A model generated the notes under the pieces. It was not told the origin of the DNA, made no database searches, and saw only the letters and a list, made by a program, of their open reading frames with translations. Shown here in pieces: positions 1 through 8,411 of a stretch of DNA of 64,000 nt (positions are counted from its first letter, which is position 1; every line of letters starts with the position of its first letter). Source of the DNA: an uncultured virus (IMG/VR IMGVR_UViG_3300008120_009089) (taxonomy: Duplodnaviria > Heunggongvirae > Uroviricota > Caudoviricetes); the IMG/VR virus record IMGVR_UViG_3300008120_009089, one strand, 5' to 3'. The position numbers and the translations under genes are program-made.

Positions 1-17
1 AAGTGAATTTTTAATTT

Positions 18-26
18 TAATATATA
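18..26 (+). promoter_or_regulatory. Putative phage late promoter TAATATATA (representative copy)
   Basis: Exact 9-mer lies about 4-35 nt upstream of a start codon in the right orientation at 18, 19845, 34088, 37281, 38812, 55121, 59360 (+) and 12952, 18459, 23972, 27629, 34033, 42341, 43241, 47342, 54182, 63245 (-). TTATATATA variants occur at 2169, 39319, 48874, 62554 (+) and 26734, 62323 (-). Analogous to the T4 late box TATAAATA. Confidence 0.75.
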
Positions 27-30
27 ATAT

Positions 31-1029
31 ATGATTAAGAAATATTTAGAATTCATTAATGAGTCTTTTAGTAAAAATAGAGAAGATTTTAACTCATTAG
101 GTGAATGGGTTGAGTATTTATATTCAACTTTAGAAGGTGATGATTTAGAATATATCAAAAATATAGTAAATAGAGAATTTAATATTAGTAGAGAAGATGA
201 TTTGAGTGATATACCTTCTGATATTAGATTATCAAATGCGATTAACATATTAGATGATAATACTAAAAATGAAATAGAATCATTAATAAAAGATTTTATT
301 GATAATGGTATACAGGAGAAAGAAACTAATGTAGAATTTTCAACTGATTTAGAACCCCTAACTGAATCAGAAATTACTATGGCTGGTAAAAACATTTTCA
401 CATCATTTTTAAAGTGTTTAACAGCACTTGGTCAAAAAGATGTCTTACCAAATAATGAAAAATTACCAGATGACTATCTTTTTTATTTTTTATTCGAATT
501 AAATTCAGATGATGTTAAATCTATATTTAATAGATTTTCATCACTTAAAAGATATGTAAATGATGTACCATATGATAGAAATGAGATTGAACTTTATTAT
601 GGTATTAAAGATAATGGTTTGTTTGAATATGGTATTGTTAATCAACCAATAGGACAATTTAAATTATCAACAAGTGTTATAAAATGGATTCTTGGTTTAG
701 ATCTTAAATCAGCTTATAATCTTAAAAAGAGCTTAGTAAACTTTAATTTTAATGAATTGATGTTAATTAGTAAAATTAAAAAAGATTTAACTAGTTTCAA
801 TCCAGGTTTCTTTGATAAGAAATCAAAAGTGTGTGTAAGTGATAGAGTAATATCTATTGGTTATTATAACATTGGTACTTGGGATAATGGTCAATTAGAC
901 TTAGGAGAATATGAAAATATAAAACAAAACTTTAATAACTGGATTATAAATAAAAAATGGTCTGATAAAGTACAATATAATGTTAAACCAAACAATTCTT
1001 GGGTTTATTTCAACTTAAAATTAAAATAA
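31..1029 (+). CDS. Hypothetical protein with capsid-targeting-like leader (putative internal head protein)
   Basis: 332-aa ORF starting MIKKYLEFINE, late-type motif upstream. Confidence 0.55.
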   Translation: MIKKYLEFINESFSKNREDFNSLGEWVEYLYSTLEGDDLEYIKNIVNREFNISREDDLSDIPSDIRLSNAINILDDNTKNEIESLIKDFIDNGIQEKETNVEFSTDLEPLTESEITMAGKNIFTSFLKCLTALGQKDVLPNNEKLPDDYLFYFLFELNSDDVKSIFNRFSSLKRYVNDVPYDRNEIELYYGIKDNGLFEYGIVNQPIGQFKLSTSVIKWILGLDLKSAYNLKKSLVNFNFNELMLISKIKKDLTSFNPGFFDKKSKVCVSDRVISIGYYNIGTWDNGQLDLGEYENIKQNFNNWIINKKWSDKVQYNVKPNNSWVYFNLKLK

Positions 1030-1033
1030 AATT

Positions 1034-1315
1034 ATGAAATATTTAAAAAAATTTAAAGAAGGTTTTGACTATAATAAAGATTGGGAAGATATGTCAAAAG
1101 AAGAAAGAGAAGAAACTGGTATTCCTGCTTATAGAAACGTAGAAGATGATATTGATTTCATTATTACTAAAATTAAGGAAAAATATCCAAAAGGAGAGGT
1201 AAATGATAAATCAGACTTGATTGATATGATTGTTTGGTTTGAGGAGGAATTTCAAAGAGATATTAAAGATGAAGATAAAGTTATTGATATACTAACACAT
1301 GAATATAACTTATAA
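1034..1315 (+). CDS. Small acidic protein with MKYLKKFKE leader
   Basis: 93-aa ORF with the shared N-terminal leader. Confidence 0.55.
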   Translation: MKYLKKFKEGFDYNKDWEDMSKEEREETGIPAYRNVEDDIDFIITKIKEKYPKGEVNDKSDLIDMIVWFEEEFQRDIKDEDKVIDILTHEYNL

Positions 1316-1360
1316 ACATTTAACTAAAACTTTTCTATAAAAAGAAAAGTTTTTTTGTTT

Positions 1361-1747
1361 ATGGAAAAACCAAATAAAGAAGAATTAATGAAAAAATGGG
1401 CACCTATTTTAAATAATATTGGTGTCACTGGATCAAAAGCCGATTGGATGGCTGAATATGCTGAACTACATTCAAATACAAAAATTGAAGAAAATACAAC
1501 ATCACCAGGTGGAACTTCAGAAGAAGAAATGGAAAGAATTAAAAATGAAGTTAAAGCTGAAAATCGTGATAGAATAATAGAATCTTTAATCGAAGATAAG
1601 GAATATAAAGAAATGGATATTACTGAACACCCTGATTATAAAGGACCGGTTGGTACTCTATTTCACTTGGATTTTAAATACGGAGACGATACTGATGATG
1701 AAGAAGTTAAAAGAAGTGTTAAAACACTTGGTAAGAAGAAAAAGTAA
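1361..1747 (+). CDS. Mini-protein carrying gp23/major-capsid-like fragments
   Basis: KEELMKKWAPILNNIG and GPVGTLFHLDFKYG resemble T4-type gp23 segments; internal NRDRIIESLI tag; ATG at 1361 preferred over TTG at 1355. Confidence 0.6.
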   Translation: MEKPNKEELMKKWAPILNNIGVTGSKADWMAEYAELHSNTKIEENTTSPGGTSEEEMERIKNEVKAENRDRIIESLIEDKEYKEMDITEHPDYKGPVGTLFHLDFKYGDDTDDEEVKRSVKTLGKKKK

Positions 1748-1895
1748 TTATAAAAAATTTTCTATAAAGATTGATGAAAAAACTGGAGAGGTTGACTTAT
1801 CAGGTCATTTTATATCTTTCAATAACTATTGGTTTCCATACAACCCAAGACATGATAAAAGAAGAGTAAAAATTAAAAAAATTTATGATAAATAA
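1695..1895 (+). CDS. Mini-protein carrying a portal (gp20)-like fragment
   Basis: YKKFSIKIDEKTGEVDLSGHFISFNNYWFP followed by RRVKIKKIY; start codon uncertain. Confidence 0.5.
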   Translation: MMKKLKEVLKHLVRRKSNYKKFSIKIDEKTGEVDLSGHFISFNNYWFPYNPRHDKRRVKIKKIYDK

Positions 1896-2148
1896 AATAG
1901 TGGAGTTTGTAAAAAGTCTCTTTGTTAAGAAAAAGAAGAAAAATGTATGGGAGGATATAACTGGTATGTTACAAACATTCGAAAGAAGAAATAAAATTGC
2001 TAAATTGTATGGTAAGAAATCACCGACATATCCGATTCCATATCGTAAGACTTTTTATATTCCAATAGGTGAGTTAGATAAAAATAAGGCTCAAAAAGAG
2101 ATAAGTAAACTAATCTCTTCTTATAAAGAAGATATATTTAAAAAATAA
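1885..2148 (+). CDS. Mini-protein carrying a portal (gp20)-like fragment
   Basis: RRNKIAKLY tag followed by RKTFYIPIGELDKNKAQKEISKLISSYKE. Confidence 0.55.
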   Translation: MINKIVEFVKSLFVKKKKKNVWEDITGMLQTFERRNKIAKLYGKKSPTYPIPYRKTFYIPIGELDKNKAQKEISKLISSYKEDIFKK

Positions 2149-2181
2149 AAAATAGAGACATGAGGTGATTATATATACATT

Positions 2182-2517
2182 ATGATAAATGTATATTTAA
2201 TCTCATCAGAATTTGGAGGTAAAAAACTTTATAAAATAGGTTACACAAAAAGAAGTATAAATGAAAGAATGAAAGAATTCAAAACTGGTAATGCTTCTGA
2301 CCTAAAAATAGAAAAGTCATTTCATTCAAAGTGGGGGACTAAAATAGAAGCACATCTTCATAAGAAGTTTAAAGCTTGTAAAGTAAGTGGGGAGTGGTTT
2401 GATTTAGAAAAAGAAGATATTGATAATTTTGAAACTTATTGTCAAATAGTACATAATAATTTAGAGATTATCGAAAAAAATAATACTTACTTCATAGATA
2501 GAGGTGGTAGATTTTAA
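2182..2517 (+). CDS. T5orf172/MUG113-type GIY-YIG domain protein
   Basis: VYLI...YKIGYT..I.ER.K.FKTGN...IEAHLHKKF...GEWF. Confidence 0.85.
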   Translation: MINVYLISSEFGGKKLYKIGYTKRSINERMKEFKTGNASDLKIEKSFHSKWGTKIEAHLHKKFKACKVSGEWFDLEKEDIDNFETYCQIVHNNLEIIEKNNTYFIDRGGRF

Positions 2518-2533
2518 AAAATAAATAATTTGT

Positions 2534-2806
2534 ATGAACTCAATGAAAGAAATCGCAATTAGAGATTATATTTCTAAAATAAATTTTAAAGTAGATGATT
2601 GGAAATTATCTCAAATCAAGGAAGATATGAGAAGATTTTTAGGTGAAGAGCCAGGTATTGATGTAGTTTACAAAAAAGATGTAATGGTAAACGAATTTAC
2701 TGGTGAAGCGAGAGAGTTTAAAGATGTTGATAAAATATCAATTATCTTCACAGACTTAGATAATAGATTTAAAAAGATTGAATTTATTATTGATGAAAAA
2801 TTGTAA
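2534..2806 (+). CDS. Hypothetical protein
   Basis: 90-aa ORF in a co-oriented run. Confidence 0.6.
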   Translation: MNSMKEIAIRDYISKINFKVDDWKLSQIKEDMRRFLGEEPGIDVVYKKDVMVNEFTGEAREFKDVDKISIIFTDLDNRFKKIEFIIDEKL

Positions 2807-2814
2807 TAATTATA

Positions 2815-3051
2815 ATGAATGATAAAATTGGAAAATATTTTTTAGATTTAAATAAAATACACAAATTAGAAGATAAAGAAGAAAGACAGGCAATTCACAC
2901 CTACTATAAAGATATGTTATATGCTTATGGTGATGGTAGAAATGAAATGGCTGAGTCCATTAAGTGGACTTTAATTAATTCTGGTTATTTATTAAATAAT
3001 GATCAGATTAAAAGAGATGAAAAAATAAATGATATTTTAAATGGAGATTAA
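2815..3051 (+). CDS. Hypothetical protein with C-terminal RDEKINDIL tag
   Basis: 78-aa ORF. Confidence 0.6.
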   Translation: MNDKIGKYFLDLNKIHKLEDKEERQAIHTYYKDMLYAYGDGRNEMAESIKWTLINSGYLLNNDQIKRDEKINDILNGD

Positions 3052-3415
3052 AGCCGATATAGTAGATTATATGGGTAAATATGAAAATGGTGTCTTGGTA
3101 TTAATTAGTCTAAATATAGATAATAAATTTTACGAAGGTACCATTTTTTATTCAGATAAAAATATTGTCTTAACGACTGATGAAACAGTTGAAGATGTAA
3201 TTGGCATGAATATAGAATTATGGGATGGATATAAAGACTTATTAGAAAGTATTTTAAAAAAATTAATTCCATATGAAGAAATATCTAAAAGATTGGATGA
3301 AGTTGACTTTGAAAAATATGTTTCATATTACGAAGAAGACTTAGGTAAAATTGTTTTAGATGAAGTAAAACCGGAGGAAATAATAACAGCAACTAACTCA
3401 AACTTATTTCAATAA
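3041..3415 (+). CDS. Hypothetical acidic protein
   Basis: 124-aa ORF overlapping the previous stop. Confidence 0.6.
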   Translation: MEIKADIVDYMGKYENGVLVLISLNIDNKFYEGTIFYSDKNIVLTTDETVEDVIGMNIELWDGYKDLLESILKKLIPYEEISKRLDEVDFEKYVSYYEEDLGKIVLDEVKPEEIITATNSNLFQ

Positions 3416-3447
3416 AATTAGTATAATTTAAAAATTATTTTTATATT

Positions 3448-3747
3448 ATGCTGATTAGCGAAATTGGAATTAGAGGTTTTAAATCATTCGGAAATAATGA
3501 ACAAGTCGTAAAATTAAATACAGAAAAAGGAGAACTTATCTTACTAGTTGGAAACAACGGAAATGGAAAATCTGTTGTTGATAAAACTGAGATTGAGATA
3601 AAATTTTCAATAGATAATTTGAATATAGATGATTTTTGTACTTTTTTGGAAATAATGGATGGGGGAAAGGAATATATTGAATATATAAAAGAAAATAATT
3701 ATTCTTTATATGAGCAATATATTAAAAAACAAAAATCAATTAGATAA
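3448..3747 (+). CDS. Rad50/SbcC (gp46-like) N-extein (41 aa) fused to split intein N-fragment
   Basis: I.GFKSFGN...LLVGNNGNGK is an SMC/Rad50 N-terminus up to the Walker A Lys; SVVDKTEIEIK resembles intein block A. Confidence 0.85.
   Translation: MLISEIGIRGFKSFGNNEQVVKLNTEKGELILLVGNNGNGKSVVDKTEIEIKFSIDNLNIDDFCTFLEIMDGGKEYIEYIKENNYSLYEQYIKKQKSIR
3571..3744 (+). mobile_element. Split intein N-fragment (Ser1; 58 aa, about 11-15 aa look intein-like)
   Basis: Starts right after the Walker A Lys; block-A-like SVVDKTEIEI. Confidence 0.75.
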
Positions 3748-5248
3748 TTATCTAATTGATTTTCACCCAGATAAAAAAAATGAGATCTTAAATCTATTTA
3801 AAGATTTTAATTTTGAATGTGGGAAGACCTCATTTATATCAAAAATGAAGTCTTTAATAGGAATGCCAAAGTTTGGTAAAAAAACTCTAATATATTGGTT
3901 AAGTAGAGGCTGGGATGAAGAAACCGCTAAAATAAAAAGAGTACCAACAATTAAAAATGTTGAAACATCTCCTATGAATATAAATTTTTGGTTAAAAAGG
4001 GGATTTAGTTTAGAAGATTCTGAATATAAAATAAAATCTCAACGAAAAATGAACAAGGAATATTGGATGGAGAGAGGATATACATTGGAAAATTCTATAA
4101 TAAAGTCAAATGAGTTTCAGAAAAATAGTAATAGTTGTTTTATATCAAAATTGGAAAATGATGTGGAGTTTAGAGAAATTATATCATCAAAAAGAAGTAA
4201 TAATATAAATTACTGGATAAACAAAGGTTTTAATTTAGAAGAATCTAAAATTAAATTATCTAATAGACAATCAACATTTTCATTAGAAAAGTGTATTTCT
4301 AAATATGGATCCGATGAAGGTAAAAGAATTTGGTCAGAACGCCAAAATAAATGGCGAAAATCTTTGATGGAATCCGATTACAATGGAATCGATGATAAAG
4401 ATTCTAGATCCATAGAACATTTTAAAAATAAGTATGGTGATATTTGGTTGGAAAAGTATATAGAAACTACATCATTTAAAGATAAAGAAGATATTAGATA
4501 TCTATTATCATTTGAGAATTATAAAGATATGATAATAACTCTTATAAATGATAATTTAACTTTAGCTAAAATAAGTTATAGACTTAATTATTCAGTATTA
4601 TATGAAATATACAATACGAATAAAGAAGATATGTATTCATTTCTTTTGGAAAATTATGAAAAAACTTATGGAACTCCATCATATTATGAAAAAATGTATG
4701 GTGATAAATGGGTAGATGAGTTTATAAAATCTAATAATTTTAAAGATAAAGAAGATATTGTTTTTTTATTATCTTTTGATAATTATTTTAAATTAGTAGA
4801 TTATTTAATGGAAAACTTTAGTATAACTGATATTGTTTTAAAAATAAAAAAAGTTATAGTATCATATTTTTATAAAACTACTTATGAAAAAATGTTTGAA
4901 TATCTAATGTCTGTTAATCCAAGTATAAAATGCAAATATGGTTACATGAGATATTATAATAATCATCTTTGTAGAAGTTCCGGTGAGTATATGATTGCTA
5001 AATTTTTAAAATATAATGAAATTTCATATAAGTACGAAAAATTATATCCAAATTCTAAAAAAAGATGTGATTTTTATTTAATTGATCATGATATTTATAT
5101 AGAATATACAGGTATGTATAAAATCAAAAAACACAATGATAAATATAATGAAAAAAAATCATTTTGTATTGATAATAATATTAAACATTTTTTTTCAAAC
5201 AATATAGAAGAAATAGAAAATAAAATAAAAAGTATATATGGAATTTAA
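3710..5248 (+). CDS. Free-standing putative homing endonuclease (repeats + C-terminal PD-(D/E)xK/Vsr-like nuclease)
   Basis: Four [YF]W..[RK]G[WFY]..E repeats, a duplicated YGD.W...FKDKEDI..LLSF.NY unit, C-terminal RSSGE..IAKFL...YE...CDFYL...YIEY.G; sits between the intein halves. Confidence 0.75.
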   Translation: MSNILKNKNQLDNYLIDFHPDKKNEILNLFKDFNFECGKTSFISKMKSLIGMPKFGKKTLIYWLSRGWDEETAKIKRVPTIKNVETSPMNINFWLKRGFSLEDSEYKIKSQRKMNKEYWMERGYTLENSIIKSNEFQKNSNSCFISKLENDVEFREIISSKRSNNINYWINKGFNLEESKIKLSNRQSTFSLEKCISKYGSDEGKRIWSERQNKWRKSLMESDYNGIDDKDSRSIEHFKNKYGDIWLEKYIETTSFKDKEDIRYLLSFENYKDMIITLINDNLTLAKISYRLNYSVLYEIYNTNKEDMYSFLLENYEKTYGTPSYYEKMYGDKWVDEFIKSNNFKDKEDIVFLLSFDNYFKLVDYLMENFSITDIVLKIKKVIVSYFYKTTYEKMFEYLMSVNPSIKCKYGYMRYYNNHLCRSSGEYMIAKFLKYNEISYKYEKLYPNSKKRCDFYLIDHDIYIEYTGMYKIKKHNDKYNEKKSFCIDNNIKHFFSNNIEEIENKIKSIYGI

Positions 5249-5606
5249 AATAGATCTAAAAAGGCTGAATATTCTAAATAATAAACTGTCTATCATCAAT
5301 AAAGGTGTTAAAGTAAATACTCCAAATGGTTGGAAAAATATAAAAGAAATTGGTATAACATCACCTAATTCCGAAAAAATAATAATAAAAACAAAGGATT
5401 TTGAATTGATTGGTTCTCCAAATCACAGAGTTAAATATTTAGAAAATTGGATTTTCTTAAAAAATCTAAAAATAGGTGATTTTATAAATACTAAAAATGG
5501 TGTACAGACTATTTTATCAATATTAAAAGATGATAAAAGAGAAGATTTATGGGATATTGAAGTAGATGGTCATGAATACTATTCTAATGGAATATTAAGT
5601 CATAAT
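5238..5606 (+). mobile_element. Split intein C-fragment (123 aa, no Cys, ends His-Asn, +1 Ser)
   Basis: CAT AAT at 5601-5606 followed by TCA. Confidence 0.9.
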
Positions 5607-7196
5607 TCATCATTTCTATCTTCCTTTGAATATACACTTTATGGTAAAGTAAGAGGTGGCCGTCAAAAAAAATGGTCTACTTTATCAACTCTCCCAAATA
5701 GAATTAATGGTGAATTATTAAATAGAATTTCATTCAATTCTAACGGTGTTGATGTTGAAATCAAAAGAGGTATTTCACCAAATAAGTTGGAACTTTGGGA
5801 AAACGGAGTTCACAATGAAAGAGCTGGTAAATCAAATATAGATGAAAAGATTGAAAAGTATGTAGGTATGGATATTGAAACATTCAAATCTTTTATATCT
5901 ATGTCTATAAATGACTTCAAAAACTTTATATCTCTTTCAAATGAAGAAAAACAACTACTTTTAGATAAACTTTTTAACTTAGAAGTAATCAATATCTTAA
6001 ATAGTATTTTAAAAGATATAAACAAGTCAAATAAAACAAGAATGGCTTCTTTAAACTCTGAAATAAATACTTTAGAAGAGTCTATTGAATCAATTCAAAG
6101 ATCAATTGATAAAACTATTAAACTTTCAATTGAAAAAGAAAAATTAAATCTACAAGCTGATATTGATCGTCTTATGGAAGAAATGAATTCTAAAAAGGAA
6201 GATTATAAAGCTCTTAAAGAAAAAGTAGAAAAGATTAAAGAAAAAGAGGAAATTTTATCAAATGAAATTGAAAATGAAAAAAAACAATACATTAATATCC
6301 AAAATGATATTCGTAATACACAGAAAGAGATCGATCTTTATGACTCTGGTAAATGTCCCACTTGTAGAACAGATTTTAATTCTGATTACTACTCTTCTTT
6401 AAGACAATCACTTGTTGAGAAAAAAGAGGGTTTTGAAAAAATTAAGACTGAAATAGACGAGAATATCAAAAATATAAAAGAGAAGCAACTTAAACTGAAA
6501 GAAATTTCAACTAAAACAAATGAAACATTCAGCGAAATGAGTTTCTTTTTAAAGAACTGTAAAACTCAAATTGATCAACTAACTAAAAAGAAAGAACTTG
6601 AACAAGTTGATAACTTACCAAATGTTGACGAGTTTAAAAAATCAATTGAAGAGTTAGAAGAAAAAATGTCTTTTAGTAAAGATAATGTTACAGTTTGTAA
6701 AGATAAAGAATTATACTATAAAGAACTATCTAGAATATTTGGTGAAGATGGTGTTAAAAAGTCAATTATTGCTGGTATTATTAAACCACTTAACCACTTT
6801 ATACATGAGAATATAACTAAGATGGGTATTGCTTTTGATGTTAAGTTGGATGAAACATTTACAGCGGAAATCAGACAATTTGGTTCACCAATTGAAAGTG
6901 ATTCATTATCTACTGGTGAGAATAAAAAAGTAAACATTGCTATTTTAATTGCTTACTTAAAGTTAATCCGAACTAAACGACATATCAATATTTTGTTCTT
7001 AGACGAGGTTTTCTCTTCAATTGATATCGAAGGTATAGATTCTATTTTAACACTCTTAAAATCGTTCGCAAACGAGTATAACATAAATATATTTGTTGTA
7101 CACCATGCTATCTTAAATCAAGAAATGTTCGATAGAATTTTAAAAATAAACAAAGATGTTTTCTCAACAATTGAGGAGGTAAACTTCTTAGACTAA
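5238..7196 (+). CDS. Split intein C-fragment fused to Rad50/SbcC (gp46-like) C-extein
   Basis: Intein blocks B (SPNHRV) and F/G (DLWDIEVDGHEYYSNGILSHN/S), then coiled coil, CPTC zinc hook, LSTGE signature, FLDE Walker B and H-loop. Confidence 0.9.
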   Translation: MEFKIDLKRLNILNNKLSIINKGVKVNTPNGWKNIKEIGITSPNSEKIIIKTKDFELIGSPNHRVKYLENWIFLKNLKIGDFINTKNGVQTILSILKDDKREDLWDIEVDGHEYYSNGILSHNSSFLSSFEYTLYGKVRGGRQKKWSTLSTLPNRINGELLNRISFNSNGVDVEIKRGISPNKLELWENGVHNERAGKSNIDEKIEKYVGMDIETFKSFISMSINDFKNFISLSNEEKQLLLDKLFNLEVINILNSILKDINKSNKTRMASLNSEINTLEESIESIQRSIDKTIKLSIEKEKLNLQADIDRLMEEMNSKKEDYKALKEKVEKIKEKEEILSNEIENEKKQYINIQNDIRNTQKEIDLYDSGKCPTCRTDFNSDYYSSLRQSLVEKKEGFEKIKTEIDENIKNIKEKQLKLKEISTKTNETFSEMSFFLKNCKTQIDQLTKKKELEQVDNLPNVDEFKKSIEELEEKMSFSKDNVTVCKDKELYYKELSRIFGEDGVKKSIIAGIIKPLNHFIHENITKMGIAFDVKLDETFTAEIRQFGSPIESDSLSTGENKKVNIAILIAYLKLIRTKRHINILFLDEVFSSIDIEGIDSILTLLKSFANEYNINIFVVHHAILNQEMFDRILKINKDVFSTIEEVNFLD

Positions 7197-7211
7197 AAAA
7201 TAATAATAGTT

Positions 7212-7496
7212 ATGGCAAATATTTTGGGAAGTTGTAGTACAAGTACATCTAGTTATGGTATTGGAACTAATAGTGTTGTAGGTGGGTATAATAATATCGT
7301 AATTGGTAATAGCAACACTATTACAGGTTATTCTTGGGTTGATAAGACAACTTCAATTCAGGAATATATAGAGTTCGGTTTGAAACTAATGGGTATAGAT
7401 TTATCTTTTGAAGATTTTAATAATATGACTGAAACTGAAAGAACAGCATTTATGAGAAATCACAGATTAGATAATTTATTAAAAAATAAAGAATAA
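7212..7496 (+). CDS. Hypothetical protein, G/N/S-rich N-terminus and C-terminal RNHRLDNLL tag
   Basis: 94-aa ORF. Confidence 0.55.
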   Translation: MANILGSCSTSTSSYGIGTNSVVGGYNNIVIGNSNTITGYSWVDKTTSIQEYIEFGLKLMGIDLSFEDFNNMTETERTAFMRNHRLDNLLKNKE

Positions 7497-7497
7497 T

Positions 7498-7686
7498 ATG
7501 TTAATAGTTGAAGTAGATAAAAGTGGTATTGAAAGAGCACTTAAAAAACTTAAAAAGAAGTGGGATAAAAACAAAATGATTAAAGAGTTAAGATCTCGAA
7601 AAGAATTTATTAAAAACACTGATAAAAAAAGAGCAGCTAAAAGTAGAGCAGCTTATATTGAGAAAAAATATAGAAGTCAAGACTAA
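7498..7686 (+). CDS. rpsU: Phage-encoded 30S ribosomal protein bS21
   Basis: 62 aa, basic; MLIV...IERALKKLKKKWDK...ELRSRKEFIK...AAY matches the Bacteroidota-type bS21 pattern. Confidence 0.9.
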   Translation: MLIVEVDKSGIERALKKLKKKWDKNKMIKELRSRKEFIKNTDKKRAAKSRAAYIEKKYRSQD

Positions 7687-8399
7687 TGAATTTATCAAAA
7701 AATTATTATGCTATTTTAGGTGTTCCTAAAAATGCAGATGAAAAAACAATAAAAAAATCTTATTATAAGTTGAGTTTTAAACACCATCCTGATAAGAATG
7801 GAGATGCTGATATTTTCTCCGAAATGACCGAGGCTTATGATGTTTTATGTGGTGAGAATCGAAGTGACTATGATTTAAAATCTAAATATGGAAATAACTA
7901 TAATGAATACTATGAGTTATTTAATATAAATATTGATTTAGAATATGATGATGTTAAATCAACTAGAGAAAAATTTAAAAAAAATGAAGTAAATGATATT
8001 ATAATACAAGTTGATGATGATTTTGATGGAACAGTCGAATTTGAAAGATGGGTAAAGTGTAAATCTTGTGATGGTACTGGTAAAGACTTCTCATCAAAAA
8101 TTATTATTCGTGATAACGATGGTAATATTTTAAAAGTTTTTGATGCTGATGATGGTTGTGACTTTTGTGAAGGTACTGGTAAATATATGGACCAAGAATG
8201 TTCTTTTTGTAATGGAAAGGGTCAAGTTGGATTAAATCATTGTAGTACTTGTAACGGTGAAAAAAGAATTTTAGGTAAACAAAAACTAACTGGTTTAAAA
8301 CTAAAAGGTGATAAAACAAGAATAGATTCGATGGGTCATCATGCTAAAAACGGTAATGTTGGTCACTTATATTTAATAAAAAAAGAGTTACAACAGTAA
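7686..8399 (+). CDS. dnaJ: DnaJ-like co-chaperone (J domain + zinc finger, short C-terminus)
   Basis: NYYAILGV...HPDKN and four CxxCxGx(G/K) repeats. Confidence 0.9.
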   Translation: MNLSKNYYAILGVPKNADEKTIKKSYYKLSFKHHPDKNGDADIFSEMTEAYDVLCGENRSDYDLKSKYGNNYNEYYELFNINIDLEYDDVKSTREKFKKNEVNDIIIQVDDDFDGTVEFERWVKCKSCDGTGKDFSSKIIIRDNDGNILKVFDADDGCDFCEGTGKYMDQECSFCNGKGQVGLNHCSTCNGEKRILGKQKLTGLKLKGDKTRIDSMGHHAKNGNVGHLYLIKKELQQ

Positions 8400-8408
8400 C
8401 TCTTTTTT
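8378..8408. terminator. Bidirectional rho-independent terminator
   Basis: A-run GAGTTAC-aaca-GTAACTC T-run between convergent genes. Confidence 0.8.
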
Positions 8409-8411
8409 ATT

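Noticed and set aside
1327..1354. Inverted repeat AAAACTTTTCT/AGAAAAGTTTT as a transposon end
   Set aside because: Single AT-rich hairpin with no transposase or partner end; more likely a weak terminator.
3571..5606. Group I intron or double frameshift joining the Rad50 pieces
   Set aside because: The ORFs overlap with no non-coding room for a ribozyme core, each has its own ATG, and the layout matches a split-intein fractured gene. Not excluded without reads or RNA data.
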